In this document: one piece after another, positions 23,444 through 36,200 of the stretch
How the letters are laid out: every line of letters begins with the position of its first letter
Position numbering within the stretch: position 1 is the first letter of the stretch
NCBI GenBank assembly: GCA_025558095.1
Contig: JAIVFI010000018.1
Location: 496,001 to 560,000 of the forward strand
DNA from: Hyaloraphidium curvatum SAG 235-1
Lineage: Eukaryota > Fungi > Monoblepharomycota
DNA length: 64,000 nucleotides
Direction of reading: 5' to 3'
Made by a program: the position numbers and the translations under genes
Notes under the pieces: model-generated
Database searches by the model: none
The model's input: the letters and a program-made list of their open reading frames with translations, nothing else
Told to the model about the DNA's origin: nothing

Positions 23444-26400
23444 TCAGTCCGTGATGTCCTTCACCAAGCTGAGCTCCTCGATCTCCTCCTCCGTCAGCCC
23501 CAGCCTGTCCCGATCCCCGCTCCCGAACGAGAGCACCTTGCGCATGACCCCGTGGACCAGCCTCGCGTACCTCCACGGATCCTGCCGCGGCTTGGCCCCC
23601 GCCGCCCCCTGCTCCCCACCATCGAAAGACGACGCCGCGCCGACGCTGCTCCACGAGGACGTCTTGGAGGCCGGCCGCGTGCCGGCCATGTCGTCGATGC
23701 TCCGCAGGCACGCGTCGACGTCCTCGAGGAGGCCGGCGAGGAAGTCGGGGCTGACCACCGGGCCGCCCGAGGAGCCGAAGAGATTGTCGTCCTGCTCGCT
23801 GGATTCCTTGAGCTTCCGCGCGATCTTCTGGAACTTGCGGATGCAGAGCACGTGGATCCACGCGGCGCTGGTGGGCCGAAAAACAAGTCAGCGTCGTGCA
23901 CACCGCGCAGCAGGGAATCGGCCCACCGGAGCACCATCGTGGGCCACAGCACCGACAGGCTCTTGACGAACGCCGGCGACGCCCTCCCCGTGACGAGCTT
24001 CTTGCCCACCCCGTCCTGCGATATCCCCTGCGGCGCCAGCACGGACCGGATAATCTTGGAGACGGTGATGGCGTGCGAGGAGGCGATGACGAAGAAGGGC
24101 GAGGCGGTCCAGTCCAGGTCGTCGTCGTCCGGGTCATCCTCCGCCGCGTGCCCGCGCCGCGCGGAGCGGGCGGCCAGCGTGCGCAGGTCCTGGATGAACC
24201 CGCGCGGGCTGTGCAGCGTGAGGGCGATGCCGTGCATGTTGGCGAGGAGCATGAAGCTGGAGGACGGGGAGCGGGTCAGATCCTCTCACAGCACCGAGCA
24301 GACGTCAACCCACATCGACACCTCGAACTTGGGCCCCCACCACCTGGCCGCAATCTCCCTCAGCTTCGCCCCGTCCCCCTCCTCGTCCGCCTCCCTGACC
24401 TCGGTCGGCAAATTCTCCCAAAGGTCCTTGATCTGCAGCACCAGCTTGTCCCTCATCTCCCTCGCCCGCGCCTCGTCCGCCGACCACCCCGTGGGCAGGT
24501 CGTTGAGCCGGTACCCCTTGAGCAGGCAGAATTCGCGCAGCTGCACCAGCCTGACCGCGATGACGGAGGAGACGACGACGTTGCAGGTGTAGCCGTTGCG
24601 CAGGAAGTTCCCGTAGAAGAAGTTGAGCAGCCGTTTGCGCCGGCCCGAGCCGTAGGGGAGGTCGCCCCACGTCGCCGCCTCGCCGTAGGGGATTGGAGTC
24701 CACTTGATGATGCCCCCCGAGGCCGCGTCCCGCCGGAGCCACTCGTCCACCTCCTTGGGGTTACTCGGCGCCGGGGAGAGCTGCTCGAAGAGGTAGTCCG
24801 AACACGGCAGGGGCACGTTGTTGTACGCCCCAGGCTCGATCCTCGCGTCCCTGTCGTCGGCCCCGCTCCGCTCCGCGCAACGGATCTCGCCCCCGCGGAG
24901 CACGTACCCCCCGTTCACCAGCGTCCCCTTGACGCTCTGCAGGTCCGACGCCACCGCGTCCCACAGCAGCAGGAACCCGTGCGTCCGCGCGCGCTCCTCG
25001 GCCTCGATCCACGCCGCCAGGTCCTTGGGATCCCGCGCGGTGGTCCACCCCCCCGCACCATCGGGCACCGCCGCGTCCCGCACCGACGACCCGAACGCCG
25101 CCGCGCGGTGCGCGGTGATACACCACTCCCGCAGCCTCGTGGCGTCCGACACCCTCCCCAGCGCGATCGGCACGTTGCCCGCCACCACCCCCGCGCGCAT
25201 GAAGGCCAAACACTCCTCCGTCCGCCTCTCCGCGCCCAGCTTCGGGTCCGCCCGCGTGCCCGGAACCAAGCCGAGGCGCTGCGCCCAGGCCTCGATGTTG
25301 CGCCAGCACGCGGCGCCCCACCGCTCCACCTCGCGGTCGTCCTCGGCCAGCCGGACCGCGGTCCACATGATGCCCTGCGCGAGGACGGGGCACATGCCCA
25401 CGCCGTCGTAGTCCTCCCGTGTCTGGGGGGTCGCGGAGAGGCGGCGGAGCTTGCGGAAGACGGTGGCGACGTGGATCACTGGCGGTGCGTCAGCATGCGG
25501 CTCACAAAGGCAAGCAGACATGGCGGCAGAAGCTCACCAGGGGCATGGATCCAGCCGTGCTGCAGGTACAGCTCCAGCAGCGACTCGAGGTTGCTCGGCA
25601 GCGGCAGCAGCGCGAACGGCCCGCCCAGCGAGCTCGCCGACGGCGTCGGGCTCGGTGCGAGGACCGCCGGCACGGGGCTCGGGCCCAGCGGGAGCACCAA
25701 GGCCTTGAGCGCGGCCTGGGACGACGGCTGCGGCTGGAAGGAATAGGGTTGCTGGTCCAGCGGTTCGAAGTAGCTCCCCGGCTGGCCGGCCACAGGGGCG
25801 GGAGCGGCGTTCCTGCCCGCGTTCATGGAGGGCGAGGGTGCGGTGCCGGGGGAATGCAGCGTCGGGCTCGAGGCGTACGAGGCAGCGAGGCTGTGCCGCC
25901 GGCCAAAGGCGGAGGCCGGCGGCGCCGGGGCCTGCGGCGGGTACGCGGCCCGCACGGGCTGCGAAATCTCGATCTCGTACTCGGGCTGCGGGACGTGGTA
26001 CTCCGGCTGCGGCACATGGTAGTCCGGCGACGGCACGTGGTAATCGGGCTGCGCCGCATAGTACTCCTGCTGCGCGGGCGAGCCGTACTCAAGCTCGGGT
26101 TCCGCGTGCCGGTGGCTGTCCTTTGGCATCTGGATCTGGTAGGTGTCGGGCCCGGGCGAGGGTTCGGCGAAGCTGGTCTCGGACTTGATGCGCTTGGGCG
26201 ACTTGGCCGCGAGCCCGCCGCTCTGCGCGCGCCGCTGGCACGAGCCCTGAGCCGACCGCATGTGCCGGATGAGGGCGTCCTTCCGGCTGCGGGCAATCAT
26301 GTGTTAGGAGATGGGTTGGGAGCGGCTGCCGGGCAACCGGGTGTCCAACAGGAAGGAAGAACACCCACGCGAAGCCGATGCCGCAGCGGTCGCACACGTG

Positions 26401-26742
26401 GCTCTTGTCGTTCTGGTGGATGGCGTTGTGCCGCCTCAGCTCGTAGATGCGGCCGAACTTCTCGCCGCACTGGTCGCATCTGAACTTCTTGCCCGACTCC
26501 CCGCCCTCGCCGCGCCCGCGCTTCCTGGGTGCGCCGTCGCCGGACCCGGCGCCCCTGCTGCCCGACCGGGCGGCCCGTGCTGGGCGGGCCTTCTGCTGCG
26601 GCGCGCCGTGGTCGCGGTACTCGTCCTCGCCGGCCGACGAGCCGCGGGCGTTGGAGTCCGCGCTGCCGCCCTCGCCCGAGAAGTCCGAGGCGCCCTCGCC
26701 CTCGCCGTCGTCCCACTCGTCCGCGTGCCCGTTGCCCTTCAT
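23444..26742 (-). CDS. C2H2 zinc-finger transcription factor with large C-terminal regulatory domain
   Basis: FRCDQC..LRRHNAIH and VCDRC..RKDALIRH; four in-frame ORF blocks separated by introns; start codon uncertain. Confidence 0.8.
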
Positions 26743-27583
26743 CGCCCACAGCCCGAAATGGACGGTCCGATGGGCAGTGCGATGCTCGGCCTAGCGGGCC
26801 CACGCTCCCATCAGCGGCCGCTCCCGGCTGCCCGCGGCCCGCGGTCGCGAAGGCCCGGTTGTCGTGCCGACGCCGCCCGCGCGCACCGTCACCGCCGCCG
26901 TCCGCCCACAGGAGGGCCGCGGGTGCCGCTCGGACGAGTCCGCTCTCAGCGCAGTCGCCGGAGATGGCGGCACCCCGCGCTGGACGAGGCACGGGGGTGG
27001 GCCTTCCGTGGAAGGTTCTTTCTGTCTGTTGAGGCGAGTGAGCCCACGCAACGCCGATGGCGGCCAGGTCCCCCGACCCGAACTGTGGCGACTTGCGGCG
27101 AAACGGGAGCTCTGCAGTCGTTAAATTGGGCAGATTCCTGGTGCAGTCCCGCGCAATTTCTCTGCCGGGTCAGGTGATGCCCTCGCGGGAGCGAGGAGGG
27201 CTACCATCTACAACCTCTGTCAACGCTAGCGTCGCAGATCTCGCCACCGGCAGCGACGTTCTCATAGCAGCAAGCTGCTACGATACATCATCTTTTCCGA
27301 GCCATCAATCGTCCGTCTCCTGCGGCCGCCTCAACTCGCACCACACCACCGCGCCACGTCGCCTGTTCGCCACAACGAGATATCCATCCGTTCCACAAGG
27401 TGGCCCCCAAAAAAGGAAATTCGGAGTGGGATCCATCTTCCTTCATTATCCGCGCGCTTCCGCTCCTGGCTCCGGCGTCGCTGGCGTCAATGGCGTCGGT
27501 CTCATGTGACGAAACAGAACTCCCTCGGCGCCCCGCGTGGCAACCGGCCACCTTCGCCCAACCTTTCCCTCGCTCCGCCGGAA

Positions 27584-28489
27584 ATGGCCGACGATCCCGA
27601 CCCGCCAGGGGCTCCCGAGCCCGAGGAGGCCCCCGTGCTCATCCTGCACCCAGCTCCGGAACTGTCTCCCGCGTCGCTCGACGTGCTCCGCGGCGCGCGC
27701 GCCCGCATGCACCGTTACCGCGGCGACGCCGCCGAGTCCGCCGGCGCGCTCGAGGCCGCCAAGATGCGCGGCCTGTCCCCCGACGGCGGGCCGGGCAGCC
27801 GTGTGTACGGCTTCCTCTCCGGCATCGACGTCTACCGGCCCCCGCCTGAAGAGCTCCTCCAGCGCACGGGGCAGCCCCCCTCGGACCCCGGCATCACCCC
27901 GCCGTCTGCCCACACCACCTCCTTCCCGCAGTTCCGCCACCTCCTCCCCGAGCTCGTCCCCCTGATCCTGCAGCACTGCGACCCTCCAACCCTCCTCTCC
28001 CTGCTCACCGTCTCCCGCCCCCTCTCCGCCGCCGCCCACGAGGCCCTCTACCGCACGCACCTCGCCTTCCTCCGCTCCGAATTCCGGCACCGCTGGCGGC
28101 GCATCCTCGCGCGCGAGCGGCACGGGTGGGACGTGCACGTGCGCGGGGGCGCCGAGCGGATCGCCGCCGAGATATTCGCTCTGCAGGAGCAGGAGCAGGA
28201 GCAGGGGCAGGCGTTCCCGTCGCCGAGGCTGCTGGCGCTGCAACATGCGTACAGGCAGGCGTGGGGCTTCGCGAGGAGGAGCCTGCTGGTGTTCAGGGAG
28301 CAGGCGGCGGGCTACGCGGCGGACCTGGGAAAGGCGAGGGTGGCGGCGGATGAGGCGGTAAAGTGGCTCACGGGGAGGATCGGGGAGAGGAGGTGGATGC
28401 TGGAGGAGGGGGGGAGGGAGGAATGGAGGGATCCGGAGCCGCCTATGAGGGAGGACGGGACGCTCGCGGACGAGGCGGAGGGCCGGTGA
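27584..28489 (+). CDS. F-box-like protein
   Basis: FPQFRHLLPELVPLILQHCDPPTLLSLLTVSR..AHEALYR fits the F-box consensus. Confidence 0.65.
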   Translation: MADDPDPPGAPEPEEAPVLILHPAPELSPASLDVLRGARARMHRYRGDAAESAGALEAAKMRGLSPDGGPGSRVYGFLSGIDVYRPPPEELLQRTGQPPSDPGITPPSAHTTSFPQFRHLLPELVPLILQHCDPPTLLSLLTVSRPLSAAAHEALYRTHLAFLRSEFRHRWRRILARERHGWDVHVRGGAERIAAEIFALQEQEQEQGQAFPSPRLLALQHAYRQAWGFARRSLLVFREQAAGYAADLGKARVAADEAVKWLTGRIGERRWMLEEGGREEWRDPEPPMREDGTLADEAEGR

Positions 28490-28737
28490 CGGGGCTGATG
28501 GGGCAGGTGCTTGGTTCTTGGTTGTTGCGTCGGATGGAATGCGAATGGTGAACTGACGGTGCAAAAGGTTGCCGCATCAAGTGTTTGCAGCTCAACGTGT
28601 CGGGCATTCACCTCCTCTTATTTATACTCCACTTCCTACAGGCCCTCGCGATCGCCCCTTTCTCCGTGCCCGCACGTGACGACCGGTCTCCCACTCTCTT
28701 TGCTCCCGACACGCCCCACCCAACCCCGATAGCCGCC

Positions 28738-30115
28738 TCACGCGGGCTTCGGGCTGCAGCAGGCCGCCACATAGCCCTTAAGTGGAACCAAGCCCCCGTA
28801 TGATGCGTAGACATTCGAATCGGTCGGGTCGGAAGAGCACACGTCGTTCCCAGTGTCGACCAGACCAGTTCTGGCGAGGTCGCACGAGCGTTTGATGCCC
28901 TGGCCGTTGGTGTTGTTCCTTTCCGTGTAGAGCGCGAAACTGAAGTCAGCCGTTCTACAATACTTGTAGTTCTTGCACACTTGGCCCCCGAAGCTAAAAT
29001 ACGCGCTGCCATGCTTTGCGCAGCACCCAAAGACGCACATGCCTCTGGCCGACGATGCTCCGACCGGCGCCACTTCGCCAGTTACCGGGTCGCAACCCCT
29101 CCCGACGGTGTCTGAACTGCCGGTACACACCCAGTCTGTTTCCTCCCGGAGCGTGGGTGAATGCACAGAAAGAGGGAAGAGAGCACATCAACGCACCAAG
29201 GTACATCGGCGATCCAGCCAGAAAGTTCCCCCTAGCGGGGCATGCAGGGCTTGGCGGGTTGTCCAGGACGCAGCAGCCGGCGGCAAAGCCCGCTTTATCG
29301 GGAAGATATTGCTCGTCCATCCCGGGCCTGAGGATTCGAGTTCCACGTGGTTAATCGATTGAGCTGAACGTACAAGGAACAGACGGCAACTTACCAGTTG
29401 TTTGAACAATCGGTGCCGGTTGTGCGGTTTACGCACGCCACGTTGGCGACATACCAGTTCACTTGGCAGTAACCGTCACCACCGCTGGCCACGACTTGTC
29501 CGGTGTCGAACATGCACCGCGGGGCCACCCCGTCGGCTTGGAAGAGGGCGGCGTCCTTGTTGGCGTTGGCAAAGCAACGGTAGCGGCCATGAGTGCCACC
29601 GTAAGTATCGCCGCATGCTCCGTTGGATTGGCCGACAGGTTGACAGCAGAAATACTGGGTGTTCACGCCATTCGTTGGGATGCACATGCCCGTTGCCGAT
29701 GCTGCTCCGGGGGTTGCCAAGTCGCCCGAGCTGGCGTCACAGCCGCGGGCCCATTCGGCCCCAGGGCCGCACTGGAAGTAAGCAGCGTTGTTCAAGCAAC
29801 GCGGGTTGGGTGCCGGCGGGGGATCCGCGGCCTCGTAACGACGATAGAGCAGCTGCTTGTCCCGTCCGCCCACCACGCAGGCGACGGCACCTTCGGGCGC
29901 GCCTGGGAAGCCGTACTCGCTGGCCGCGCGTCAGACAGGCACGCGGTGCCGCAGAGCGACGCGGCGTACCAGAAGTGGGACTCGGGGCAATCCAGGCATG
30001 AACGACGAAACAGCACGGGGTCCACTTCGCCCGACGACGCCGGCGCGCCGGCCCCCGGGGCGGCCGCGAGGACGGCGAGCGCGAGCAGAGCGGCGAAGAT
30101 CTTGAGCGGCTCCAT
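28738..30115 (-). CDS. Secreted cysteine-rich protein with two internal repeats
   Basis: Signal peptide MEPLKIFAALLALAVLAAA; repeat RGCD..G..A..GA.SA.GMC occurs twice; 3 introns, the first at 29920-29969. Confidence 0.75.
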
Positions 30116-30589
30116 CAGGTGGGTTTTGCGGGAGAGTTGCAGTGCCGCCTGGACCCGTTTATGCGCCTCGGGTTTTGCGATAGCTGATCCAGCCACCCAC
30201 CCCGCCTTGCCGGCGTTGCTATAGTCGGGCATTTGCAATCGCGCTACGAACGGTTCGAACATACTCCTTGATGACTACATGTGCCCAAGCTCCATTTGTG
30301 TTGCAAACAAGTTTAACAAAAACTCGCCGAGCAAAACTCGGCCGGCCGATGGCGGGCGGGAATCGAAAGAACAGAAACCGCAGTCAAACATGGAACTCCT
30401 TCGCACCGGAAACCTTTGCATTGCAGCTATGATGTAGTGGCCCCAGGAATCGGAGCAAAGATCAGCTGCCCACGAGCTGGTGGTCGGTCCGTCGGTCCCG
30501 CTCACTGACTGTCGCCACCGCCGCACCACAACCGTCTCCCAAACACCTTTCCGGGCCGCTTTCCCTCCTTGTTTCCGGCCCGCTTCAAG

Positions 30590-32004
30590 ATGGTCTTCAA
30601 AGAAACGCACCCGGACACGTGGCCGGAGTCCGAGATAGCGCTCATCGAGAAAGTCCGGGGCAAGCTCAATGCCCCCCCCGGTGCACTTCTGTCCCCCACC
30701 GCCCTCCGCGCCTCCCTCGCTGATGCGAACCGCATTCCAGGCTCAATGACGTGGGACGAGACCGTCCACATGCTCGACGACGTGTGGGGCGCCATGGGGG
30801 ACCTCGAGGGCTGCAAGGTCACGCAGGTCGACGTGCCGCGCCTCTCGTTCCCCGGCCTGGTCGACCAGCAGCCCGGCGGCACCGTGGACGCGGAGTGGGT
30901 CGAGCCCGCTGCCGGCGCCGCGAAGGATGCCCCCGTTTGCGTCTTCATTCACGGCGGTGTGCATCCGGTGAACGCGGTCGGAGGGGGCGTTCCTTGTCTG
31001 ACCGAAACAACGCCGATTTCCAGGAGGCTACGTGATTGCCTCGAACAAGGTGTACCGCAAGATGGCCGGAGCGTTGGCCAAGCGCGGATGGAGGGTCCTC
31101 AGTGGGTAGCGTCGGCTCTCGTCCACATGCCGGCCTGACGCGTCCATCACAGCCATGGACTACCGCCTCGCGGCCCCCATGGAGCCGCACTTCACGTTCC
31201 CCTGCGGCCTGATCGACATCCTGTCGTGCTACGCCTACGTCATCAAGTCCGGTGTCGACCCCAAGCACGTCGTGATCTCTGGCGACTCGGCCGGAGGCGG
31301 CGGCACCCTCGTGACGGGGATCTACCTCCGGGACCACGGCAAGGAGGCCGGCCTCCCCCAAGCCGCTGCGCTCATCCCGATCTGCCCCTGGTCGGAGCTG
31401 GGTGCAAACAGCCCCTCCTTCAACATCTCCGAGACCCACGACTACCTCGAGAAACCCGGCACGAGGCCCATGGCGCAGATCTACGTCGGCTTCGACGAGG
31501 AGAAATGGAAGAACCCGCTCGTGAGCCCGTGGTACGACGAGGTCAAGGCGGAGAAGCTGCCCCCGATGCTGGTCCGTCGCCCCGCCCCGGTGCCGCGATA
31601 CGGCACGGCCTTACCCGACCCCCTTTTCCCCGCAGTTCTCGCTCGGTGCCCACGACCGCCTGCGCGACGAGGGCCTCGCCACCGCCCTCAAGCGCCTCGC
31701 GGGCGGCGAGCAGCTCGTCGTCGTCGACCACGCGGACCAGCCGCACGTCTTCCAGACCTTTGTCGACCTCCCCGTCGCGCAGCACGCGCTGAACGAGATG
31801 GACAGGTTCGCGCGGGCCGTGATCAAGGGGGACAAGATCGACTTCGGCAAGTTCCATTTCGTGGACCTCGAGAAGGGCGGCAAGGTCAAGGGGCAGAGGG
31901 AGTGGCCGTTGGAGGAGGTGAAGAAGCACATGAGGGAGAAGAGCGCCAAGGCAAAGGCCGACGGGTGGGAGGGTAACCCCGAGATGGAGAAGATGTGGGC
32001 GTGA
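30590..32004 (+). CDS. Alpha/beta hydrolase, HSL family esterase/lipase
   Basis: IHGGGY across a splice junction, DYRLA, GDSAGG, DRLRDE and QPHVFQ motifs; 3 introns. Confidence 0.92.
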
Positions 32005-32207
32005 TCTCGCCCGCGGCCGGTCGGCAACTCCCGGGGCGTTATTGCGGTATTGGAGCCAAAGGAGTCAGTGAACAGCTCACTTCGCTGTACCATTACCCAG
32101 GGTGAAGTCCGCTGATCCGAGAGCGCATGGGACGATTTGATTGGTGACTGGCCTTCCAAAACAACAAGCACCCCTCCGGCATTGCCCCTCTTCCGTCGTG
32201 GTTGGCG

Positions 32208-33059
32208 ATGGCGTACGTCCCTCCTCACCTGCGCAACCGCGCATCGAATGCGTCGAGCGCGTCCGACGCGTCGCAAAGGGCCTCCTCGGGTGCATCGCGG
32301 CCTTCGGCTCCCTCCTCTCCCTTCTTCTCGGACTCGGAGCTGAAGACGGCCTTGGGCGGCGCCTACCACCTCAACACGCTCACGCACGTGCGAGATTCGG
32401 ACGGCTTCGCGGCGGTGGTGATCCACGAGGGGCAGCACCGCGAATGGGCCGAGAAGAAGGTGCTCTGCAAGACGCACCTCGACGTGCTCCGCTCCGCGCG
32501 CGGAAAGGACCCCGCGGACCTGCCGCTGTTCATGGAGATGCCGCGCAAGGGATCGCCGCGGTACGATTTCCACGGGTGGTGGCGGATCGCGGACGTCCAG
32601 TGGCTGGATCCCGACACGGACGGGGAGGAGATCCTCAAGCGGCTCGAGAAGAAGTTCGAGCCCGCGGCGGGGGCGAAAAGCTTCCGAGGGGGTCGCGGGG
32701 GAGGTGCGGGCAGGGGAGGGTTCGCGCGCAGCGAGGCGAGCTGGAAGGAGAGCCTGAGGACGCACTGGGCGCTGGTGACGTTCGAGCAGAACAAGGAGAG
32801 GAAGGATCCGTTCGTGCCGCTGCCTCCGCCAGCAAAAGGAGCTTCGGGCGAGGACACTCCGGCACAGTCCGACAAGGGCTCGGGAAGCACTGGCCAGGCG
32901 GCAGGGGCGACGTCGGCTCCATCGGTTCAGAAGTCAACTGCTCCAGCTGCTGATTCGGAGGCCCCAAGCGTTGGAGCGGACGATGCTGCGCAACCCGAGA
33001 CCGCCAAGGATGACTCTCTAGATGCTGTCGTAGGAGTCGCCGAGGAAGCCCACGAGTAG
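32208..33059 (+). CDS. Uncharacterised protein with N-terminal YVPPHLR motif and an RGG box
   Basis: MAYVPPHLRNR start; globular core (FHGWWRI..WALVTF); FRGGRGGGAGRGGF. Confidence 0.7.
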   Translation: MAYVPPHLRNRASNASSASDASQRASSGASRPSAPSSPFFSDSELKTALGGAYHLNTLTHVRDSDGFAAVVIHEGQHREWAEKKVLCKTHLDVLRSARGKDPADLPLFMEMPRKGSPRYDFHGWWRIADVQWLDPDTDGEEILKRLEKKFEPAAGAKSFRGGRGGGAGRGGFARSEASWKESLRTHWALVTFEQNKERKDPFVPLPPPAKGASGEDTPAQSDKGSGSTGQAAGATSAPSVQKSTAPAADSEAPSVGADDAAQPETAKDDSLDAVVGVAEEAHE

Positions 33060-33270
33060 GAGCAGTCCTGAGGGGCTTCGCCAAAAGCTTTCCACATCTT
33101 CTTCCACTCTCTGATGAACCGTCATCTGTACTCCTGTAGCTGATGAAATTGAGCTGATGATCTGCATACATGTGAGTTCGGTGCCTCCGAAGCGGCGGTT
33201 GATGGATGACGGACTTGCACGGGCAGGCGGTGTCCTCTCCCACCACTCTCGCCAACCGCAACCCGCCACG

Positions 33271-36200
33271 ATGACCAAGGCGGCGAGCGGTTCGGCGAAG
33301 AAGCCGGCGGCCAAGCCCGTGGCGTCGCAGCGGACTATCGCGAGCTACTTCACGGCGCCCGGGGCGCGACCTGCGGCGCCCTCTCCGCCCCAGCCCGCCC
33401 GCGCGCCGCCCGCGTCCGCCGAGCCCGCGCGGGGCGCCAACCGCTTCTCGCAGTTTGCTGCCGGCGCGGTTGTTGACCTGGACGGCGACGAGGGGCCGCC
33501 CGCCTCCGCGCCGGCCGGGTCGCGCTCGCCGGGCCGGCCGTCCCCCCCGCACTCGGCGTCGTCGGGCGCGTCGGCCGCGCGTCCTCCGCCGGCGCTGCCG
33601 CTGCAGGTGGACTCGGAGGGCGAGGTGGACGTCGCGCCGCGCAAGAAGCGCGCCAGGAAGGCCGTCGTGGAGTCGGACGACGACTTTGGCGCGGTGGGCG
33701 GCTCCGACGAGGAGGCGCGGCCGGCAAGGGCCTCGCTCTACGATGCCCTGTTGTCTTCGTCGCCGCACAGGAAGCAGGGCAAGGGCAAGGGGAAGGCCGC
33801 CGCAGGGGAGCGCAGGGTGGACCTGGACTCGTTCCGCCTCCTCAAGGGCCAGCAGCCTCCGCAGGAGGAGGACGCCGCGCCCGACCCCGCCAAGGAGGCT
33901 CGCCGCCAGGAGTTTGTGCGCAAGTTCGACATGCACGTGACCGAGGAGATGGCGGCCCAGAAGCGCCGGCGCGGCCTCGACGGGGAGGCCGAGGATGGCG
34001 AGCCCGGGGAGGAGGAGGCGTCCGAGGACGAGGAGCCGAAAGCCAAGAAGCAAAAGACGGCCAAAGGCAGCGGCAAGGCGGGCGGCGGGACCAAGTTCAC
34101 CCCGCTCGAGATGCAGTTCGTGGACCTGCGGAAGCGGTACCCGGGGGTCCTGCTGGTGATCGAGGTCGGGTACAAGTTCCGGTTCTTTGACGACGACGCG
34201 AGGGTAGGTCTCTCGTGGCGCACTGTCCTGCCTTCTTTGATCGGTGTGCCGCAGACCGCCGCCAAGCACCTCGGCATCGTCGCCTACCACGACCACAACT
34301 TCCTCACCTGCTCCATCCCCGTGCACCGCCTCCCCGTGCACGTCAAGAAGCTCGTGCACTCGGGGTACAAGGTCGGCGTGGTGCGGCAGGTCGAGACCGC
34401 GGCGCTCAAGAAGACGTCGGACAACCGCAACGCGCCCTTCACGCGCAAGCTGGCCGGCCTCTATACCAAGTCGACCATGGTCGACGACCTCGGGGCGTCG
34501 GACCCGGCGCTGGATTCGGGGGTCGTGGAGACGGCGGCGAGCGGGTTCCTGATGTGCGTGTGGGAGGAGTCGGACGGCGCGGGCAAGGGAAAGGGGAAGG
34601 ACGCGGTGCGGATCAGCGTGCTGGCGGTGCAGGTGAACACGGGCGAGGTGGTGTTTGACGAGTGGGTCGAGAAGGGAGGCAGCAGGGGTGAGCGTCATCT
34701 GCCGGGTCGCCGACGTGCGGGTCCTGAATCACCCTCTTCGCAGGCGACTTCGAGACGCGGTTGCTCCACCTGCACCCCGCCGAGATCATCCTCCCCGCCG
34801 CCCCCCTCTCCCACGAAACCGAGCGTCTCATCTCGAGCTACGTCGCCAACCTCGGCGACGACTCGCCCCGCCTGGAGCGCGTGCAGGACGGCTGGTTCCG
34901 CCGCGAAAAGGCCAAGGACTACCTCGCGCAGTTTCGGGACCGGGAGCGGGGCGGGGGCGACAACGGCCTGCTCATGTCCGGCCTGTCCTCCGATTTGCCC
35001 GAGGGCGTGCAGATCTGCCTGGCCGCGCTGCTGCGGTACCTGCAGGATTTCGGCCTCTCGCAGGTGCTCAAAATTACCTCGGCCTTCTCGCCCTTTGTCA
35101 GCAGGACGAGCATGGTGCTGGACGCCAACGCGCTCAGGAACCTGGAGATCTTCGAGACGTCGGTGGGCAAGGAGGGGAGCCTGGTGAGCGTGATGGACCG
35201 GACGTGCACGGGGTTCGGGGGGAGGATGATGCGGAACTGGATCTCGAAGCCGCTGGTCGACGTCGAGTGGGTGCTTCCTCGTCTACCTGCTCTTCTCCGG
35301 CTGAACCTCCTCCAGCGCCCTCCGTCTGCGGACCGACGCGGTCGAGCACCTCGTCCGCCTGGCCAACTCCCCGACCCTCACCTCCCTCAAGGACCTCCTC
35401 CGCTCCCTCCCCGACCTCGAGCGGTCCATCACTCGCATCCGGTACAACCGGATCGGCCCCTCGGAGCTGCTCGGCACCCTCGAAGCATTCGGCCGCTGCG
35501 CCGCCTTTGCCGGCACCCCCGCGGGCGCCGTCCTCGCCTCCTCGGGCGGGCTGCTCGAGAGCCTCGTCGCCGCGCTGCCCGGGGCCGGGCCGGCGGCCGC
35601 CGAGGCGATGGATGCGTTCGACCACAATGCGGCGAGGGACAACGTCAGGGCGGAGCTGTTCGTCGACAACGAGGAGCGCGGGGAAAAGGTGCGCACGAGC
35701 AAGGAGGGGATCGCGCGGTGCGAGGCGGAGCTGGAGGAGATACTGGCCGAGGCAAAGAGGGCGATGAAGGGCAAGGCGACGGTGCAGTTTGTTTCCGTGG
35801 CCAAGGACGAGGTATGTTGCTCCGTCGCAGCTCCGAAAGCGATGCTTATGGGGCCCCGTGCAGTACCTGCTCGAGATCAAGAAGCAGGCCGAGGGCAGCG
35901 TGCCCAAAAGCTGGCGCAAGCACTCGGGCACCAAGGCCCTCTCGCGCTTCCGCACGCCGGACGTGGAGGAGAAGATGGAGGAGCGGCAGCGGTACCAGGA
36001 GACGCTGGCGGCGGACGCCGAGGCGGCGTGGACAGAATTCGTGGCCGAGCTCGCGGACAAGCACGACGAGTTCAGGGCGGTGGTCAAGGCGCTGGCGGAT
36101 TTGGACTGCCTTTGTGGTTTGGGTGGGTGCTGCTATCCGGCAAAGCCGAGCTCTTGCTGACAGCTTGTCTAGCCATCGTCGCGCAGCAGGCGGGCTACGT

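Noticed and set aside
33110-33162. Clustered CTGATGA motifs suggesting a C/D snoRNA
   Set aside because: Too short, imperfect box C, no terminal stem or recognisable guide
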